Notes: generated from the sequence alone by a model not told the origin. 64,000 nt of DNA from the human T2T-CHM13v2.0 reference genome, Homo sapiens (GCF_009914755.1 NC_060930.1), one strand, 5' to 3'; counted from the stretch's first letter, positions 40,795 to 53,348 are shown. Program-made: numbers and translations.

Positions 40795-41622
40795 TGATAT
40801 GGAGGTGCTGGGAAGGGAAGAGCCTGGTCCCTTTAAATGATACGGAAGGGAGAAGGGAAGTGCTGGGTAGAGGAGGGTGTGGTCCCTGGCTGGGGCTCCA
40901 CCCACACGGACCTAGGTGAGGACAGGCATTATTGTTGCATTTCCCAAGACCACTGTGACCTGCCATGTTCCTGTCCTGTGCCTATAAAAACCCAAGACCC
41001 TAGCAAGGCAGAGATAGAAGAGGCTGGACGTCACGAGGAAGATATCGGTGGAATAAGACACAAGCAGCTGGTCGTGGAGCGCCCACCCTGCGGAAGAGCA
41101 TGCCGACAGGCACGGGCAGGCCAGCAGGCCATGGAGCCATTGGCTGGTGGAGCAACACAGAGTTTGGCCAGAGTTGTCAGAGAAGAGTCGGGTCATTGAG
41201 CTGCTGGACTCCAGGGGAAAACCATCTCCCTTCTGGCTGCCCCATCTGCTGAGAGCTACTTCTACTCAATAAAACCTTGCACTCATTCTCTAAGCCCACG
41301 TGTGATCCAATTCTTCCAGTAAACTAAGGCAAGAAAGCCCGGGATACAGAAAGCCCTCTGTCTTTGTGACAAGGTAGAGGGTCTAATTGAGCTAACACAA
41401 GCTGCCTATAGATGGCAAATTAAGAGAGCACCCTGTAACACACGCCCACAGGGGCTTCAGGAACTGTAAACATTCACCCTTAGACACTGCTGTAGGGTGG
41501 GAGCCCCACAACCTGCCTGTCTGTGTGTTTCCGTAGAGGTTTGAGCAGCGGGGCACAGAAGAAGCGAGCCACGCCCCCAGCGCACGCCCTGCGAGGGGAA
41601 CAAGGGAACCTTTCCTGTTTCA
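40795..41622 (+). mobile_element. 3' LTR (LTR1-like)
   Basis: Homologous to 37033-37874; follows the PPT. Confidence 0.92.
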
Positions 41623-42475
41623 CATGGAGCAACTTCTGTTCAACATTTTCTGTAACACATTTTTGTACCTTAAAGGGCAGAGGACCATTATGTGGTTATA
41701 GAATTACTTTCAGGGCCCCTGGCTAGACTTTTAAAAATGCATGATCACGAAGCAAAATTTCACTATGTTGAAAGTATTTAAATGTTATCAGCTGCTTTAA
41801 GGGCACAAATCCCAATGGAAAATTTCCAGGTATATAATAATTGTTTCCAGTAATAATTTTCCTCACAGGAAGGTCAAGGAGAAGCAGATATTTTAAACTA
41901 TTTATAGAGTCCATTAAAGAGGATAATTAGTCGGAAAAAAACCCAGCAAATTTAGAGGTGTTTTCAAGATAGAATTACAGAAATTTCAAATATTTACAAG
42001 AGATACACGCTCCATAGCCCCATGATGTTGCAGAGTTATATGAAGCCCTTATTAATTTTTACCTTTTCTTCCCTTCTCCATACCTGAGAGCACCTACCTG
42101 GAGTTGAGATCAAGTTGGATTCAGAGCTTGAGACAGTAACTGGAAGAATTCATCTTGAGCCTCAGGAGTGAAAAGGCCCCTTGGGAAACCCTCACCCAGG
42201 AGATACACAGGAGCACTGGCTTTGGCAGCAGCTCACAATGAGAAAGATGCCTGTCACAGCCTTTGCCTTCCTCTTCTATGGAATAAAGTCCCACTGCATT
42301 CTTAGAAAATAGTGTAAAAGACATTTCCTGAGTGTGCATACTACTATGCTAGGCAATAGGAAGTTGTAAATAATTAGCACATTTGCAGCTTCCAAGAAAT
42401 TTCCCACTTTGTTGGTTCAAGAACAGCCAGGGCCAGATCCACTTAAATAAAACCAGAGAAGGTCTTCCCAGAGCC

Positions 42476-42845
42476 AGGTAATGGAGGTGACTCATTGCAT
42501 CAGCAGCAGTGAGTCCTGCTGGTGCTCTCTCCCTCAGCAGGTGAGTCCTAGGGATGGTTTGTATTCTCAGCTGGTGATGGAGGTGAGCATTAGCAGGGGT
42601 GAGTCCTGGGGATTGTTGGTGTTTTCAGCAGGTGAAGGAGGTGAGCCTCAGCAGGGGTGAGTCCTGGTGATGGTTTGTGTTCTCAGCAGGTGATGGAGGT
42701 GAGCCTCAGTGGGAGTGAGTCCTGGGGATGGTTTGTGTCCTTAGCAGGTGAGGGAGGTGAGGCTCCGTGGGGGTGAGTCCTGAGGATGGCTTGTGTCCTC
42801 AGCAGGTGTTGGAGGTGAGCATCTGCAGGGCTGAGTCCTGCTGAC
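42476..42845. repeat. 58-bp minisatellite (5 full units plus degenerate flanks)
   Basis: (g/c)tgagtcc at 42541, 42599, 42657, 42715, 42773, 42831. Confidence 0.92.
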
Positions 42846-42869
42846 TCGCCCTTTGTTTGTGCCCTTGAA

Positions 42870-43345
42870 AGGCTGTGGTGGTAATGGCACTTCACCCCTA
42901 TGGCCCTCCTACGTAGAACACAGCATCCCTGTCTAATCACAAGGGAAAAGGCAGACAAATCCCAGTTGAGGGAGATCTGAGCAATACCTGAGCAGTGTTC
43001 CTGTCAACTCTGAAAGTCTCAGAAACAAAGGAAGTCTGAGAAACTGTCACAGCCAAGAGGAGCCTGAGGAGATGTGGCAACTAAATGTAATGTGGTGTTT
43101 GGACGGGATCCTGATGCGGAAAATGAAAATTAGGCAAACCATACGGAAATCTGAATAAAATATGAACTTCAGTTGCTGATAACGTGTCAGTATTCATTCC
43201 TGAATTGTACCAAATGAACGCTATAACTGTGCAGGAGAAACAGGCTGTGAGCTGAAGAGAACTCCCTATGTCATCTTTGAATTTTTCTGTAAATCTAAAA
43301 CTATTCTAAAATAAACAATGTATTTTAAATAATGAAATAAAAACA
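42870..43345 (+). mobile_element. L1MC/L1MD-type 3' end
   Basis: cagacaaatcccagttgaggga...aaggaagtctgagaaactgtcacagccaagaggagcct...ttttctgtaaatctaaaactattctaaaataaa. Confidence 0.85.
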
Positions 43346-43379
43346 GTTAAATTTGTCCAAAAAGTGCAAAGCAGCATCA

Positions 43380-43625
43380 ATGATAACAGCTAATATTCAC
43401 TGAGAAGGTGTGCTGTACCTGGCAGTGTTCTAAGTATTTTATGGAGATTAACTTGTTTGATCCCCGTTAACAACGTTGTGAGGTAGACGCTATCACCATC
43501 CTTGTTTTGCAGCCCGGGAAACTGAGGCACAGAGCTACAGAGGTTCTCACCTGGTGTCTCAGAGGTCCTGGGGGTGGAAGCAGGCTTAGAACCCAGGCAG
43601 GCGGGCTCTTGGCCACCACACTGTC
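43380..43625 (-). mobile_element. MIR SINE
   Basis: ataacagctaatatt..ctgtacctggcagtgttctaag..gaggtag..gggaaactgaggcacagag..aacccaggcag. Confidence 0.8.
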
Positions 43626-44971
43626 CTGGTAATCAGGTGCTGAAGGAGCTGCTGGACAAGAAGCAGTCAGAGGATGGAGCCATCCTGGGGCCTGGGGGTT
43701 AAACCCAGGTCCAGTGCTTCCAGTCTTGGCTGAGTCATTGCTACCAGCCACACGTGTGGTGAGAAACAATAAAACTGAACAAAATCTATGCGCCCCTGGA
43801 CAGCAGGCAGTGCAGGACCGTGGCCCTGAAGAGCAGGGAAAATGAGTTAAGCCACACTTTCACCCTGGCCATCTCCCTGGAGGTACTTTCTGGGTCGCTC
43901 AGGGAGATGAGCACAAACACAGCTCAGCGCTCCTGCTGCACTGAAGAGGTGACGGGAGCACTGCTCAACGCCTGGGACACCAGGGCAGGCACCGGAGATG
44001 AGGAACGGGAGGGCCCCGGGGTCTGCGGACTTCAGCCGTGTGTCCTCAGCTCATGGCTGTGCTGTGCTTTGCACAGGTGAGATTCCATGAGGCTCCTGAG
44101 GGCAAGCGGCCACTGTGGAGCTGAGGAGCTGAGGGGTTGAAGGGGCCACTCTAGATCCCCAGGACACAGGGCACCCGCTGGCTGGAGAGACTGCAGGGAG
44201 GATGTGGGACATTCAGATGAGGTCCCAGGAACAAGGACTACACCCCTGAGAATGGTCCACAGGCCTGAATAAGCACAAAACTCCGGTAAAGAATAAAGCA
44301 AACAACATACCACTCCAGTAAAGAACAAAACACACAACTCCAGTAAAGAATAAAGTAAAGCCTGACAAACTTATGAGCTTGCCAGAAACTTAACTGTCTG
44401 TCAGAGTGAAGTTTTAATGCCCATTAAAGAAAGACAACATAATCCCAAATCCTTGCAATGCATTGCCTATTACATCCAGCATGATGTTGTACACACACAC
44501 TCCCTACAAGTTGAGGGAGAATTCAAGAACTGAAAAGAGTACCTGAAATTTCAAAAGTGCTGAATGACTTAATAACACATTGGAAACAATAGAAGGAGGT
44601 ACAGTAAACTTAAAGACAGTCAATACAAATGATCTCATCTGAGGAACAAAAAGGGAAGAGTTTTTAAAAATAGACAGAGGCTCATCGGTATTGGAGACCT
44701 ACCATGCACTGTAACATGAATGTAATAAATTCACAAAAGACAGGCTGGAATAAAAAAGCATTTGAAATAATAGTGGTTGAAATTGCCCCAAATTTATTTA
44801 AATAGCATTAACTTTTTTTATGTTTGCAAAGCTCTTCAAACATCAAGCCAGGTAAATACAAGAAAATCACATCTAGACACATAAATAGTCAAATTCTGAA
44901 AATATACCATAAAGATGAAATATTCAAAGCAGTCAGAGAAAAACATCTTTCCTACAAGCGAACAGTGTCCC

Positions 44972-45336
44972 TGAATTAATCCGTTCTCGTGCTACTAATA
45001 AAGGCATACCAGAGACTGGGTAATTTATAAAGAAAAAGAGGTTTAATGGACTCACAGTTCCACATGGCTGGGGAGGCCTCACAATCATGGCAAAAGGCAA
45101 AGGAGGAGCAAAGGCACGTCTTACATGGCAGCAGGCAAGAGAGTGTGTGCAGGGGAATGGTCCTTTATAAAACCATCAGCTCTCCGGAGACTTATTCACT
45201 ATCATGAGAACGGCATGGGAAAAATCTGCCCCCATGATTCAATTACTTTCCACCAGGTCCCTCCCATGACACTTGGGGATTATGGGAGCTACAATTCAAG
45301 ATGAGATTTGGGTGGGGACACAGCTGAACCATATCA
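44972..45336 (-). mobile_element. THE1 (C/D-like) MaLR solo LTR
   Basis: gagactgggtaatttataaagaaaaagaggtttaatggactcacagttccacatggctgggg...aaccatatca; 5-bp TSD gtccc at 44967-44971 and 45337-45341. Confidence 0.93.
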
Positions 45337-45424
45337 GTCCCAAACAAGAAATGACGTCTCATCAACATCAGTGGAGTCTTGTAAACAGTACAATGCTGTC
45401 TTTAAAGTGCCAAAAAGAAAAATA

Positions 45425-46024
45425 AACTAGTTCAACCATTGTGGAAGTCAGTGTGGCGATTCCTCAGGGATCTAGAACTAGAAATACCATTTGACCCAGC
45501 CATCCCATTACTGGGTATATACCCAAAGGATTATAAATCATGCTGCTATAAAGACACATGCATACATATGTTTATTGCAGCACTATTCACAATAGCAAAG
45601 ACTTGGAACCAACCCAAATGTCCATCAATGATAGACTGGATTAAGAAAATGTGGCACATATACACCATGGAGTACTATGCAACTGTAAAAAATGATGAGT
45701 TCATGTCCTTTGTAGGGACATGGATGAAGCTGGAAACCATCATTCTCAGCAAACTATCACAAGGATAGAACACCAAACACCGCATTTTCTCACTCATAGG
45801 TGGGAATTGAACAATGAGAACACATGGACACAGGAAGGGGAACATCACACACTGGGGCCTGTTGTGGGGTGGGGGGAGGGGGGAGGGATAGCATTAGGAG
45901 ATATACCTAATGTAAATGACGCGTTAATGGGTACAACACAAAAACATGGCACATGTCTACATATGTAACAAACCTGCACATTGTGCCCATGTACCCTAGA
46001 ACTTAAAGTATAATAAAAAAATAA
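45425..46024 (+). mobile_element. L1PA (PA4/5-like) 5'-truncated LINE-1
   Basis: ORF2 C-terminus (WKSVWRFLRDLELEIPFDPAIPLLGIYPKDYKS), G-rich 3' UTR tract, ...aaagtataataaaaaaa. Confidence 0.95.
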
Positions 46025-46543
46025 AACTGCCAACCTAAAATCAAATTCATATATATATATATATATATAACATGACCCATTTGGATTAATCCTAGCAACG
46101 TAAGTTTAATATTTCAAAATCTATCAACAGAATTCAGAACATTAGAGAATAAAGGAGAAAACCATTTGATCATCTCCATAGATGTGGAGGAAAAGCATTT
46201 GGTAAAACTAAAAGTTTGTTCATATCCTCCACTCGTGCAAACCAGGCATATGAGGGTGCTTCTGCTGCCAGCACCCTTGATGAATATACTGGATGCTTTC
46301 TCCCTGAGATCAGGGAAGGTAAATGTGTCCAGCATCACCGTTTCTATTCAACATTGTCTTGGTGATCCTAGTCAGTGCTCTAACGCAGAAAAAATACCTA
46401 AAAGACATAAAGTTTGGGAAGGAAGAACCAAACTGTGTACATAAGGAATCCTGGAGAATTTACAGAAAGCTGCTGGTTTGATACATGGATTCAGCACATT
46501 CACGGGAAACTCACCAGAAAGCTAATACACAAAACTCACTTGG

Positions 46544-46882
<339 letters not shown>

Positions 46883-48465
46883 TTAAATTTAAAATGTACA
46901 ATTCGCAGTAACAACTAAAGCATTACATATCTAGGAATCTATGTAAGAAAAGATATGCAAAATCACTACACTGAAAAATACAAAGCGTTGTTGACAAAAA
47001 TTGCCCAAGACCTATGTGAGTGATGAAACATGTCATGTTTGCTTCGGAAGACTCAATACTGTAGGATGTCAAACCTCCCCAAATTGATCTGCAGGTTCAA
47101 TACAATCCCCGATCAAATTTTCAACTGGTTTCTTAAAGATACTGAGAAGCAGATTCTCAAATTTATTTGGAAATGCAAAAGAATAGGCAAAACGAATACT
47201 TTCTTACACAAGTAGAAAATAGTACTTTTCGCAGGGGCAGGGAGATGGCTATAGACTAGGAAGTGCATGAGGAAAACTTCTGAAGCCCAGCAAATTTTCA
47301 CATCCGAGCTGGGTGGTGGTTAAATATAGGCATAGATGTAAATAAGTATCCATCAAACTGTACAATTACAATTAATGCACCTTAAACAATTTAAACATAA
47401 CTCAAGACAAAAACTAACAATGGAAGAATCAATTAAAATGTGACAATGTGATCTTAAAACGTTTAGCACTGATCCACAATGAATATACTACATGAAAAAC
47501 CTCTGATATAATGCTAAAGAAATACTTAAAGGAATATTTATAATCCTAAATAATTACATTAGAAAAAATAATTAATGGGCTCATATTCTTATTCCAGAAA
47601 TTAGGACAAGAGCGACCTAACAAACTAGGGAAACAAGAAGGGAAGAAATTGTGATCAGAAATCATTGAAATAAAAAAGAAAACAATAACACAAAAGATTA
47701 AAACGGAAAAATCTATTCATTGGAATAGGCTCATGATATAAACAAACCCCTAGCAAATATTATTAGAAACATATAGAGAAGTGATATGCAGAAGAGAGAA
47801 GGGAAAAGTCCTTACAAAAATATTAGAATTGGAAAGGTCGAGGGAAGAGTAAACACAGCTGAGATTGGAATCACAAGCAAATATAAATGAATCTTAAGCA
47901 AGTTACTGTGGTAATGGAGGTCGAAAGAGAAATTCCTGGGAAAGGAAATTACCAACACAGTTTGTGAAAGGTGCACTAGAAAGTGGAATCTATCAGAAGC
48001 ACAGCAAACATGACAGATTGGTCAAACTTTAGAAACATCCCTGTTAAAGTCATATCTCCGACATGTCTCAGACAAGGAAAGAAACAAGAGTTATAAGAAA
48101 TGGAAAGAAAAAAATGTAACTCACATTATTCCCTGAGTACTTACAAGATAGTTCACTAAAGTTGCTGAATAAAATACGAAAGCTGAAAAATGATAATATA
48201 TGTCATCAATATCAATCAGAAAATCTGAAGAGCTAACAGGACAAAAATCCCAGCCACAATCACTTCAGGAATTATTATTTAAATTTATTTTGTACTGCCA
48301 AGGATGATTTTTAATTATTTATTGTTTGATAAGTGCCGACGAAGTTTGTGGGTTGGTATAAAAGTGTGTTTTAGTTGGTTTATTATACATGGGCTTCCTC
48401 AGTAACTTACCCTCCAAAAGCTAAAATAATCTTTCCAGAGATCAAATTACACAGACATAGGGTCT

Positions 48466-49204
48466 TTAAAACAAAACATTTTTATTATACTTTAAGTTCT
48501 GGGATACATGTGCAGAACGTGCAGGTTTGTTACATAGGTATACACGTGCCAAAGTTGTTTGCTGCACCCACCAACCCATCATCTACATTAGGTATTTCTC
48601 CTAATGCTGTCCCTCCCCTAGCCTCCCACCAGCCAACAGGCCACAGTGTGTGATGTTCCTCTCCCTGTGTCCGCGTGTTCTCATTGTTCAGCTCCCACTT
48701 ATGAGTGAGAACATGCGGTGTTTGGTTTTCTGTTCCTGTGTTAGTTTGCTAGGAATGATGGTTTCCAGCTTCATCCATATCCCTGCAAAGGACATGAACT
48801 CATCCTTTTTTATGGCTGCATAGTATTCCATAGTGTATATGTGCCACATTTTCTTTATCCAGTCTATCATTGATGGGCATTTGGGTTGGTTCCAAGTCTT
48901 TGCTATTGTTAACAATGCTGCAATAAACATACGTCTGCATGTGTCTTTATAGTAGAATGATTTATAATCCTTTGGGTATATACCCAGTAATGGGATTGCT
49001 GGGTCAAATGTTATTTCTAGTTCTAGATCCTTGAGGAATTGCCACACTGTCTTCCACAATGGTTGAACTAATTTACACTCCCACCGACAGTGTAGAAGCG
49101 TTCCTATTTCTCCACATCCTCTCCAGCATCTGTTGTTTCCTGACTTTTTAATGATCACCATTCTAACTGGCATGAGATGGTATCTCACTGTGGTTTTGAT
49201 TTGC
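48466..49204 (-). mobile_element. L1PA (PA7/8-like) 5'-truncated LINE-1
   Basis: Minus-strand ORF2 C-terminus ([39 protein letters not shown]...) and L1 3' UTR. Confidence 0.95.
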
Positions 49205-49480
49205 ATAGAGTCTCACTCCAATGCCCAGGCTAGAGTGTAGTGAAGCAATCTCAGCTCACTGCAGCTTCAACCTCCGGGGCTCAGGTGATTCTCCCACCTC
49301 AATTTCCTGAGCAGCTGGGGCTAAAGGTGCATGCCACCAAGCCTGGCTAATATATATTTTGTATATACATATATTTGTAGATATGAGGCTTCACTATGTT
49401 TCCCAGCTGGTCTCAAACTCCTGGGCTCAAGTCCTACCTCAGCCTTTCAAGGTGCTGGGATTACAGGCCTGACCCCAGCC
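49205..49480 (-). mobile_element. AluJ, tail end interrupted by the L1PA
   Basis: gctcactgcagcttcaacctcc..ggctcaggtgattctcccacctca; ctcaaactcctgggctcaag. Confidence 0.9.
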
Positions 49481-49619
49481 CAGAAATTACAGTATGGGAA
49501 ATATATAACCTCACTGGAGGAAAACTGCACAAGCCACAGAGTGGATGAAGTTATTTGTAATAAATAAAACTGACAAGTACTCAGAATATTTTTAAAAAAT
49601 ACTTCCTTAAAGAGATGAG

Positions 49620-50404
49620 GAAAGGAAAAATAAAGAACAACAGAAAAATGGCAAAAAAATTAAAAAGGAATTGAAAGAGAACAAAATCCAAACAGCCAAT
49701 GTATATGTGAAGATCTTTGAGCGAATGCAAATTAAATGAGGCACGGTCCACGTTGAGTCCATTGGCCAGCTACCCTCTAACAGTGGGTGTGGTGCAGGGC
49801 TTGGTGGATGATCTCCATTTCCACATTCACATGCTTGAGATTCATTGACACTTGCTTGTGATTTCAGTCTCAGTCGTGCAGGGCACAGAGCTCTTAGAGA
49901 GTCCAGTTATAGTGCACATTGTTACAACTTTGAAATCACTCGGGCAATATCTGGTAAAATTAAAGCTGGATATTATCCACAGCTTAGAAGTCCCACCTCC
50001 AGGGATATATCTTAGAGAAATCTTGTACCCCGAACCAGGAGATTAGTACAAGAATGTGCATAATGATGAGGTTTTCATGGAATTGATAAACTCTAGTTTT
50101 GAAATAATACAGTTTTGAAATAAAATGAATGAACTGGATCTACATGTATCTACCTGGAAAAATTTCAAGTGTTAAATTTTTAAAAGCAAGTTATAAAATG
50201 TTTCATGCCATGTAATCCGATATATGTAATATTTAAATACACAGAAGAGTTCATAGTTTTTGAACACATACATATGTAGTAAAAGCCAAAAATATACATG
50301 GATGAAGCCACACCAACTTGAGTGGAGAAGTTGTGTCAGGGGGACAGGAAATGGAGACAGAGAGGTTTATCTGTAGTTACCTGTATTCATGGTGCTTTAT
50401 TTTG

Positions 50405-50437
<33 letters not shown>

Positions 50438-50545
50438 CCTGCATCAACGTAGTAAATATTAGCTTTTGTCTGGCCTCAGTAGAAGGTGGTAGTTGTTATT
50501 GTATTACTCTGCTTTTCTGTATGTTTGAAATGTTTCTCAATTCAA
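49620..50545 (+). mobile_element. L1ME-type 3' fragments
   Basis: aaacagccaat..atgtgaaga..gaatgcaaattaaa; acaactttgaaa..ggcaatatct; aaaatgaatgaactggatctacatgtatc; ttttctgtatgtttgaaatgtttc. Confidence 0.65.
50405..50436 (+). repeat. Pure A32 run
   Basis: Directly visible. Confidence 0.95.
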
Positions 50546-52904
50546 GATAAGGAAAATATGTAACGCAGTAACTAAGTATTATTATTGTTATTAATTAAAG
50601 ATGTGAAAGATTCTCAGAAGCAAAATCTTAGGGACTCTTATTTAATCACTGAAGACCCATTTCTCCGCAGTCTAAACAGTGCACTGGGCATTGGACTCAC
50701 AAAATGAAGACGGCATTGCCCCTGTCCTTGACGCCTGAACAGGATAGAAAGGGGACCCACAGTTGGCAGCCATCATGGGCATGGCATATGGGTCCGATCC
50801 CAAAGAGCTTTGTACAGGAGTTGCAAGGAAGGTTTCACCAAGGAAAAGATCAAGAACCAAATGCTGTGGGACGCATAAGTGCCAGCCCAAGGGACCAGGC
50901 AGGCCTGGGGGAAGGATGGGGGAGCAGAGCCTCCTGCAGACAAGTGGATGTCTGAGCTATTCAATGGACGTTGCTGCAGCCCCGTCTGTGTGCTGGGGGC
51001 TTTGCTAGGAAGGTGGGGAACAGAACAGCTGGGGTCCCTAACTTCACAGGATTCATCGTCCACGTTAAAGGTTCAGCATGTGCAATGTTCTCCACAACTT
51101 GTAAGGCTGTCGCACAGGCAAAGTGTAGGAAATAGAGGCTCAACTCTGTCTCCTGTGCTTCTGCATTGGGGGATTGGTAGTGCAAGGTTTGGGGGATGCT
51201 GGTAAACACAGAACACCTGTGTGACTTGTCATCAAAGCCCCTGCATGCAGCAGTAACACAAGAGAGAAGTTGTGAGGTGGGGAGAGCTGGTTTACTACCC
51301 TACAAGGTAGCTGTGTGCAAATTAGGAAAATGAGTCCTGTCTGTCCAGATTTAGAAAAGCATCCCTTTGCCAGGGCACACAGAGTACAGTGTAGAATGGA
51401 TTTCAGCCTGCTGTCTTTGTTCAGTGTAAGAACTGTGCAACTGTACATGATTATCCTGAGCAGAAGCTCCTTGAACCTGGCTCAGGCTAAATGGATGAAT
51501 GGCACATGCCTCTTTGTTGTGGGTGTGTGCGCAGTGGCTGCATGGAGGCTGGAGAGACTGCCCACAAGGCTCTGGATACTCTCCAGCCTTGTCCTCATGC
51601 GGTCCCCAGCCATGCCCTTCAGGGGACACTGGCAGGGCTTCTGCTCCATCCTCCTGGAGAGGCAGGTCACCTGGTGTCTGTCAGTCCACTGCCAAAGCCC
51701 TGCAGGAATCTGCCAGAGCAAAGGGGAGAGTGTAAGTTTTATCTGGAGTCACAAAAAGATATGATGGTGAAGAGGAGTTTGACCTCTACAGGAAGCATGA
51801 GGAGAAAGCATGAAAGAGGCCTGAAAGGATGAGAACTTGGAGAGAGGTTTCCAGGGGAGCCAGAGAAAGGTCTCTGTAAGCAAGGATGCTGGCTGTGAGC
51901 AGAATTCCACCCCACAGATGCTGCGTGTGGCTGAAATTTGGAGGATGACCTGTGGAAGAGCTAAGCAGGAAGGAGGGAGGACAGGGTCGCTAGAATCAGG
52001 CGGCCAGACTGAGCTTTGGAGAGCGCGTGAGCAACGGGATGTGGGAGAGGCTGTGTCTAGGAGATTGGCTCGTGCATTCATCCACTCACAGTAATTGTTT
52101 ACCCGCCGGGCACTGCTGGGCTGCAGACTCCACTCTCCAGGGACTTGTGTCCGAATCCAGAGACAAGAAAAGAGGCCATGAAACATGCCACAGTGATTGG
52201 CACACAGAACCCCATGAGCTGGGGCACAACTGGCTGGTAATCACTGTGCACATGACCCCAGGGTGGGAGGCTAAGGTACGTGTTGGGAGAGGAGGGCATG
52301 AGAAAGAGCGTTCCATCCTGGCCAGAGCCACACCTGCAATCTTCTCCAAATCTGCACCAGGGTTAGGGTGGAAACTCGTTCCCCAGGCTCTGATATCAGA
52401 GCTGGAGGCTGAGGCAATGGACACTGTGTACACACCCCAGCAGCCCCAGGGCAGCCCCTGGCTTCCCCACGCCTTCTGTGTGACCCCAGTCCGTGTGGTT
52501 CAGTTGTGTGGCCCCAGAGCTGTTCTATTTAACCTGAACCAGGGGACTGATACTTCCAGCCCAAATTCCAGGTCTTGGGAGTTCTCCTCGGAAGAGGAGA
52601 ACTGTTTCCAATGTCTCTGATGGCCAGTCCAGAGTTGTGTTCGTCTGTCTACACCTTCCTGTCGGCCGTTCTCTCCTCTGCTGCCCCAAGGGCCCTTCTG
52701 CTACCCATGCACCCCATGCCGTCCAGGTCTGCCACAGAGATTCACGCTCACAATTCGTAAATTGTCTCCTCGCTTCTCCAAAACTCCGATCCATTCTAGG
52801 CAGCCATGATGAATTCACATAGAGATAGGAATTGCCCAGTATTACATTAGATCCTTGTTAGCCAATTAAATATGTTTATAGTATTACCATGTTATGTGTT
52901 TTAT

Positions 52905-53348
52905 TAATAGGCTTGATTTTTTTTTAGAGCAGGTTTGGGTTCACAGCAAAATTGAGAGGAAGGAAAAGAGAATTCCCAGCCCCTCCCGGCCCCCGCACAG
53001 GCACAACTTCCCCCATTATCAACTCCCCACCAGAGGGGGACATCTGATATGATCAAGGATCCTGCACTGGCCCATCATCATCACCTGGAGTCCACGGTTC
53101 ACCTTAGGGTCACTCCTGGTGCTGGACATTCCGTGGGTTTGGCCAAATGTGTAATGACCTGTATCCCCTGTTATGGTAATATGTGGAATCACCTCACTGC
53201 CCTAGAAACCCCCTGTGCTCTGCCGACTCATGCCTTCCTCCCCACTACCTCCTGTTAGGGAGACCAGGTGGTCGACCTGGTCGACCAGGTCTACCTCCTG
53301 GCACCACTGATCCTTTTGATTTTCTTCATAATTGTGTCTTTTCTAGAG
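52905..53348 (-). mobile_element. L1MC1-like 3' end
   Basis: ttttagagcag.tttgggttcacagcaaaattgagaggaagg...ttagggtcactcctggtg...tgggtttggccaaatgtgtaatgac...tcactgcccta. Confidence 0.85.

Larger units (their letters stand above)
37033..41622 (+). mobile_element. Two-LTR endogenous retrovirus, ERV1 class (LTR1 / HUERS-P2-like), pol-less
   Basis: Homologous LTRs at both ends, 4-bp TSD catg (37029-37032, 41623-41626), PBS, PPT, gag and env remnants. Confidence 0.92.

Noticed and set aside
44281-44360. Three copies of actcc(g/a)gtaaagaa
   Set aside because: Short slippage repeats within the old L1M 5' region; nothing suggests function
48466-49480. Alu-L1 chimeric retrotranscript (Alu joined to L1 with no A tail)
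   Set aside because: A 9-bp TSD around the L1 alone and the age gap between AluJ and L1PA7/8 favour nested insertion
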